From: Desulfurococcales archaeon
GTDB lineage: Archaea; Thermoproteota; Thermoprotei_A; Sulfolobales; Desulfurococcaceae
DNA: 64,000 nucleotides
Assembly: GCA_027022365.1 (NCBI GenBank)
Contig: JALVYU010000030.1
Span: forward strand, 29,140-93,139
Reading direction: 5' to 3'
The notes under the pieces were generated by a model that was not told where the DNA came from, did no database searches, and saw only the letters and a program-made list of their open reading frames with translations. Of this stretch, positions 58,782-64,000 are shown one piece after another (the stretch's first letter is position 1; each line of letters begins with the position of its first letter). A program made the translations under genes and the position numbers.

Positions 58782-60398
58782 ATGGATCAGGGGAAGGTTA
58801 GAGTTACCGTTGAGGGCTACGGAGACATCTATGTCGAGAAGGGCTCGCTACTGGGCAGGGCCCTTGAGGGATTAGGGCTGGTTTCTCTCCCGTGCCGTGG
58901 CCAAGGACTATGTGGTTTATGCCGTGTCGAAGTACTGTCTGACGGGTTATCGAGTCCTACTGAGCGCGAGAGAATAGTTCTCGGCCGGGAACTCCCCCGG
59001 GTCCGCCTCGCCTGCCAGGCGAGAGTCACGGGCTACACGAGGATCAGGGTTCCCGAGCAGAAGCCGGGTGTTCGCCTCGAGAAGAAGTTCATGTTGCCTA
59101 GGCTGAGGAGACTATATCCTATCATAGAGATACTGGATCTGAAGCCCGGGGAGAAGCCCGTAGACGTCGATCTCATCGTGTCCTCCGGCCTCCATGAGGG
59201 GAGACGCTACGCAGTAACATACGGAAAACAAATGATAAACTCTACGGATAAACGCCCGGATAACATGCTCCTCGTAGATATGGGTACGACAACCCTAACC
59301 ATGATCAAGGTAGGGCTGGATGGCAAGGCCCGTTCAAGCCTAGTGATGCTGAACCCGCTGTACAAGTACGGGCTAGACATCGTGTCCCGCGGCGAGAAAG
59401 CATCAGAGGATCAGAGGGTAGCACTGGAGATGAAGAGAACAATAATCGAAACATTTCTCAGAATAGCCGATCAAGGGACGGCCCTAGTCCTTGCCGCTGG
59501 GAACACTATCAACACCTATTTGGCCGCAGGGTTGCCCGTGGAGAGCCTGGTTGAGTACCCGTATCAGCCTCCTGTGCGTGGATCGATACTGGTGCCTGTC
59601 AACCCCCCGGTTATACTAGCACCAACAATAGCAGGCCAAGTAGGAGGAGACATGCTGATGAACCTCCTCGCAACACAGCATATGCGGGTCAAAAAACCAT
59701 ATATGGTCATCGACATCGGCACTAACGCGGAGATAGCCTTAGTCACAGAGGACGAGGTCCTCGTGTCGAGCGCGCCAGCGGGCCCGGCGATAGAGGGCTA
59801 TGTCGGGAGGGGATCGTGGGGTGGGCGTGGAGGAGTATACATGGTCGAAGTTGGCGGCACGGATAAGCCTGTCTTCAGGGTACATGGTGATCCCCGGAGG
59901 GGCTTCATGGGATCCGGGATCCTCTCGCTCGTTTACGGCCTATATGTCAACGGGTTCATTGATCGGTCCGGGAGATTCGTCAGGGGATACGAGATCATAG
60001 GTGGGGTGAAGGCCTTCGTAATAGATAGGATGAACAACCTCTACTTCACCCAGAAGGATCTGAGGGAGGTACAGAAAGCCCTCGCCGCGATCAAGGCTGG
60101 CTGGAAGATCGTGTTGGAGGAGTCGGGCCTAAGCCCCAATGAACTATCCCGGGTGATCATTACCGGCAGGCCTGTCCAGAGCCTCGGCCGGGACATAGTG
60201 TCCGGGCTCGGCCTGTCGCCGGCGCGGCGTACTAAGATCATGGCCAATCTCGTCCCCTACGGCCTACACCTCTACGCGTTCTCCGCGAGATACAGGGGGC
60301 TCGCCCGCCGGCTAATAGGGATGACGAGGCACATCGTCCTTGCGGGAAGCCGCTACGCGGATAAGTGGGTGAGCTCCCTGCGGCTCGGCCCCGGCTAA
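58782..60398 (+). CDS. ATP-dependent reductive activator of corrinoid protein (RamA/RACo, 2Fe-2S + ASKHA)
   Basis: CRGQGLCGLCRV..RLACQ ferredoxin; VDMGTTT, YGLDIVSR, VGGD, IDIGTNAE, AGPAIEG, TQKDLRE; GGAGG before ATG 58782. Confidence 0.88.
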   Translation: MDQGKVRVTVEGYGDIYVEKGSLLGRALEGLGLVSLPCRGQGLCGLCRVEVLSDGLSSPTERERIVLGRELPRVRLACQARVTGYTRIRVPEQKPGVRLEKKFMLPRLRRLYPIIEILDLKPGEKPVDVDLIVSSGLHEGRRYAVTYGKQMINSTDKRPDNMLLVDMGTTTLTMIKVGLDGKARSSLVMLNPLYKYGLDIVSRGEKASEDQRVALEMKRTIIETFLRIADQGTALVLAAGNTINTYLAAGLPVESLVEYPYQPPVRGSILVPVNPPVILAPTIAGQVGGDMLMNLLATQHMRVKKPYMVIDIGTNAEIALVTEDEVLVSSAPAGPAIEGYVGRGSWGGRGGVYMVEVGGTDKPVFRVHGDPRRGFMGSGILSLVYGLYVNGFIDRSGRFVRGYEIIGGVKAFVIDRMNNLYFTQKDLREVQKALAAIKAGWKIVLEESGLSPNELSRVIITGRPVQSLGRDIVSGLGLSPARRTKIMANLVPYGLHLYAFSARYRGLARRLIGMTRHIVLAGSRYADKWVSSLRLGPG

Positions 60399-60468
60399 GA
60401 CTTGTCTCGTATGGTCATATTAATATATGGCTTAAACGTCTGATAATAGATAGTAGGGTGATAAGTAT

Positions 60469-60867
60469 ATGTCCGGTAAACCAACGACATCATTCATCCT
60501 CGTCCTCATAGCCGCGATAATAGTGATATTGTTCGGCATATCCACCCTAGTAAACACCAGCTATGTACTACCCATTGTCGGCGGGTCAGCGGCCTCGTGG
60601 ATCGCGAGGATAGTGGTGGCGATCTCGATATGGTGGTTCATCTGCGGAGGCATACTCCTAATAGCGTCGTCCTGGATCAGAAGCGGAGAACCAAACAAAG
60701 TAAGGAATGGAGGAATAGTAGCGATAATATTCAGCATACTAACACTCAACCTCATCGTAATAATACTGGGCCTAATAGGCGGCGTACTCGCACTGACATG
60801 GAAACCTTCAACCAAGATTAGTTCTCTGAAGGAGATGGCTGAGCAAAAACTCGAGGAGACAATATAG
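60469..60867 (+). CDS. Small membrane protein (DUF4064-like)
   Basis: 4 TMs ending ILGLIGGVLAL. Confidence 0.7.
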   Translation: MSGKPTTSFILVLIAAIIVILFGISTLVNTSYVLPIVGGSAASWIARIVVAISIWWFICGGILLIASSWIRSGEPNKVRNGGIVAIIFSILTLNLIVIILGLIGGVLALTWKPSTKISSLKEMAEQKLEETI

Positions 60868-61195
60868 GAGAGATCATGGTAAAACGGTGTAGCGTTGCTA
60901 AATGATATTGGAAAAATAGAAGAATAGGTTTTTAACCTACTTGTTTTATCCTAATCGTAATTCTCAATATTACCTCGATGATTTCTATATCTTAATCGTT
61001 AATAGGATCAAGTAGATGGGTTTCTCTCAGTAAATACCGATCATATATGACCACATATTTTAGTAGGAAAACAGCCCCTGATAACACGGCCGTTCCGTAT
61101 ACCTGTAATGTTGAAGCAGTGAAGATATGTAAGGGTAACCTTATGTCCTAAAACATACAAGTATTTTCGTGACTCATAGCGGAGGTGTAGCGGTT

Positions 61196-62956
61196 TTGTT
61201 TCACACGTACTCAGAGGGGAATACTGGTGCTGTGTCAGCGCTACTATTTACGATATTTCTAATTTCCTCGTTCTTCTCGCCCCTGTCCTGTATGCAGTCG
61301 TCAGGCTCTATAGTGCCCCCAAGATACATCGTGCTATCCGTGGGATACAGCGGTAAAGAGATTTATGTCGATGAGCGCCTGCAGGACTTAACGATTCTAC
61401 GCTCCAACTATACCGTGGCTGGGAGTGCTAGGCTGTTCGTCAACGATACGGATGTCCTGGTGAGCGGTAATGTCACGATCAAATACATTGGCCGGGGCTC
61501 CCAGGTATACTTGAAAACAATAGCTGATGCCTCCTATAGGACAATATATATTAATAAGACGACGATAATCTACCATGCTGTTCTAGAACTAGTATCAATC
61601 ATATCGTCCAACACCAGCCTCCGCCACAAGGCCGAGTCATATATAATATATGACAGGGCCAGGGCCCCGGTGGTATCATATAATATTACAGGGACGAGTT
61701 CATTGGCAGCTTATCTCCTGGATGCTATGGTCAGGAAGTTCCTATTGTTCCCATTATTAGCGACCAATATAATCGAGAGCCGCAGAGAAGTAGACGGCAA
61801 TACCACTATAACCGGAAAAGCCAGCGCTGGCAACGTGGCTCTGGCTGCGGAGGGGAGAACACGTATCGTTATGGGCCTCATAGCTACGAATACCTCTAGG
61901 CGCCTGAACACTCTCTCCACGATGCTAGAATACAATATATCAGCCTCCTACGGCGAGCCCCTATCCGAGATCATAGGTAAGATCATGAGGGTCGGTATTG
62001 GCAGCTATACCGGTATGAACGGGGCCGTGCTAGTGCTAGGGACGTATATTCAGGGCATATCACCCGTCATGCAGAGAGCCACGGCCCACGTGATCAACGA
62101 TATCGTTGCCGAGAGCCTCGTGATGAACTGGACCCGGCTCGAACTAGTATTCGACGCGAATAACGACTCTTACGTGATGGGGGCGAGGTATGCGGCGGAA
62201 AACGCATCGGCGGCTGATCTCCCCACGGTATTCCTAGCATCGAACCTTGCGGCAAGGGGGTATAGTGCGTCCTCCATAACGAGTCTCCTGTCCATCCTCA
62301 ACACTTTGTTCGACGGGTCACGTGCCGATCCAGTGGCTGTCCTGGAAAAGGCGGGGCAGGTATTGGGCGAGCCTATGTATTCGCTGAGCCCGGACATATA
62401 TAAGGCCCCGAGCAGGTCAGTCCTAGAGACAAGCACCGCTATAAACGAGTCGTCGAAGGAAATACTGGGCGAGCTAGAGGAAATCCTAGGCATAGAGAAG
62501 AACATAACGGTCGCCGGGCACGAGGTCATCATACAGCCCTTCCCGTCCCTCGAAGAAGACATCGCAGTATACATGGCGCTCAAGAACATCCAGCCAACAA
62601 CAAGGACTACCACAACAACGGGAAGAACAACCACGACAACGCCAGAGACCACGGCGACAAGCCCATTACTAACAACACCGCCAAAAACAACAACTACGAA
62701 AACACAAGTGCCCCAAGCCACAGCAACGCCTACACAACAAGCAACTCCTCAAAAACCAGCAACGCCAACACAGACAGCAACCGCAACAAAACCGATCAGC
62801 AGGGAGGGATCACCGCGAGTGTCGCCTCTAATAGTGCTCATACCCATAATAGCGTTCGCACTACTAATACTCATACTCCACATAAGGGCGAAGAAGAGGG
62901 TGACGGAAGAACTCATCGAAGAACTAGAAGAAACCCCTGAATCCTCCCATCTGTGA
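61196..62956 (+). CDS. Cell-surface glycoprotein with Thr/Pro-rich stalk and C-terminal TM anchor
   Basis: Signal-like N-terminus after GGAGGTG, many NxS/T sequons, T-rich linker, TM followed by a K/R-rich tail. Confidence 0.8.
   Translation: MFHTYSEGNTGAVSALLFTIFLISSFFSPLSCMQSSGSIVPPRYIVLSVGYSGKEIYVDERLQDLTILRSNYTVAGSARLFVNDTDVLVSGNVTIKYIGRGSQVYLKTIADASYRTIYINKTTIIYHAVLELVSIISSNTSLRHKAESYIIYDRARAPVVSYNITGTSSLAAYLLDAMVRKFLLFPLLATNIIESRREVDGNTTITGKASAGNVALAAEGRTRIVMGLIATNTSRRLNTLSTMLEYNISASYGEPLSEIIGKIMRVGIGSYTGMNGAVLVLGTYIQGISPVMQRATAHVINDIVAESLVMNWTRLELVFDANNDSYVMGARYAAENASAADLPTVFLASNLAARGYSASSITSLLSILNTLFDGSRADPVAVLEKAGQVLGEPMYSLSPDIYKAPSRSVLETSTAINESSKEILGELEEILGIEKNITVAGHEVIIQPFPSLEEDIAVYMALKNIQPTTRTTTTTGRTTTTTPETTATSPLLTTPPKTTTTKTQVPQATATPTQQATPQKPATPTQTATATKPISREGSPRVSPLIVLIPIIAFALLILILHIRAKKRVTEELIEELEETPESSHL
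62595..62790 (+). repeat. Low-complexity ACA/ACG-rich tract encoding a Thr/Pro/Gln linker
   Basis: PTTRTTTTTGRTTTTTPETT...ATATPTQ repeats. Confidence 0.7.
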
Positions 62957-63284
62957 TCGGGACGCCATACGGTTAAATATATTCAACCACTATTTTAAAA
63001 ACACGTAAAACATTGTCTCGATACTTGATAATCATTAATCAATAGTTTTCCGATCACAACACATAAATAGGCCTATAACCCCGTCAAGACAAGCCCACCC
63101 TCCTCAGCGTGGCCATGTGTCTATTATTCCTCATAATCAGTTACGGCCAGCCTACTAGACGCTGGGCACTACGGATCTAGAATATATCATTGAACCCCAG
63201 CAAAACCCAATCCTTTCAATTTTTGTTTATTCCCCTAAGCCGGGTCGCACCAAGAACCCGGGTCTCATCGGAGGTGGGGAATAC

Positions 63285-64000
63285 ATGAGGCTGGATACAC
63301 CACTTTCCATAGCCTTACTGGTCGTAGCCATAATCGCCGTTGTACCCCCGATACATGCAGAGAGCTATGGTGCATGGATATCGGTTAGCCCGGATCACGG
63401 GCACAGGGGCGTGGACATCTACGTGTACGGCTACAACTTCACGGCCGGCTCGACAGTCTACATCTACTTCGACGACAAGCTCATAGATACTATGCAGGCC
63501 GACTGGGACGGCTGGATCGGCGGCTACGTCGAGATACCCGTGGACGCAAAGCCCGGAACACACGTAATCAAGGCCGTGGACCAGCAGGGAGTCCAGGCCC
63601 TGACAACCTTCACGGTCACCACGCCGACCCTCTACCTCAACACCACCGACGCGGAGCCCTACAGCGTGATCCGCGTGACGGGCTCCGGGTACGCGGCGTA
63701 CCAGTGGTACCTCGTAGCGGTCGACGGCCTCGTGGTCGACAGCTTCGTGATGGCCAGGGGCAACGAGACCCTCGACGCCGCGGTAGCCGTGCCGCCCCTC
63801 CCGGGCGGAGAGCACCACATAACAATAGTCTACGTAAGCCTTGCCACGGGGAACCACGTCGCCGTAGCGTCCAAGACCATCACGGTGAAGAACGGCTACG
63901 TGGACAACCAGACATTCACACAAGCCATCAACAAGGTATGGGCAGAGATAAACAAGCTAGACAAGACAGCGGCGGCGCTACAGAACAAGCTGGGACAACT
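63285..64000 (+). CDS. Secreted Ig-like (IPT/TIG) repeat protein followed by coiled coil, S-layer-stalk-like; runs off window end (absent from ORF track)
   Basis: GGAGGTG RBS; MRLDTPLSIALLVVAIIAVVPPIHA signal peptide; ISVSPDHG..GYNF..PGTHVIKA and second repeat VTGSGY..PGGEHHIT; then AINKVWAEINKLDKTAAALQNKL heptads. Confidence 0.85.
   Translation, partial: MRLDTPLSIALLVVAIIAVVPPIHAESYGAWISVSPDHGHRGVDIYVYGYNFTAGSTVYIYFDDKLIDTMQADWDGWIGGYVEIPVDAKPGTHVIKAVDQQGVQALTTFTVTTPTLYLNTTDAEPYSVIRVTGSGYAAYQWYLVAVDGLVVDSFVMARGNETLDAAVAVPPLPGGEHHITIVYVSLATGNHVAVASKTITVKNGYVDNQTFTQAINKVWAEINKLDKTAAALQNKLGQ

Noticed and set aside
1-64000. CRISPR arrays, tRNA/rRNA genes, transposases or integrases
   Set aside because: No regularly spaced direct repeats, cloverleaf or rRNA-like segments, or transposase motifs were seen on reading.

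Overview
Gene-dense archaeal DNA, most consistent with a thermophilic crenarchaeote of the Desulfurococcales type (GGTGA/GAGGTG ribosome-binding sites, frequent TTG/GTG starts, mre11-rad50-nurA-herA operon, DhnA-type aldolase, form III RuBisCO, short Elp3). I found no rRNA, tRNA, CRISPR array or intact mobile element. Recognisable content: ABC exporters with a PadR/SdpI-like pair, DNA break repair, pfkB-fba, cysteine synthase, a three-subunit xanthine-oxidase-family molybdoenzyme with XdhC and MocA, RuBisCO, sat/cysC, an SPFH/zinc-ribbon operon, bipartite lipoate ligase with LipS1/LipS2, two transglutaminase-like surface paralogs and several surface proteins. The best candidate for an undescribed system is 56063-60398: an MTHFR-like flavoprotein, a single-domain 'core' methionine synthase, a stand-alone corrinoid protein and a RamA/RACo-type activator. 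Also notable: a probable unannotated C/D-box sRNA complementary to the tRNA T-arm, an apparent ATC start codon, and operator-like palindromes in three divergent promoters. All assignments come from motif recognition by eye; no database searches were run.
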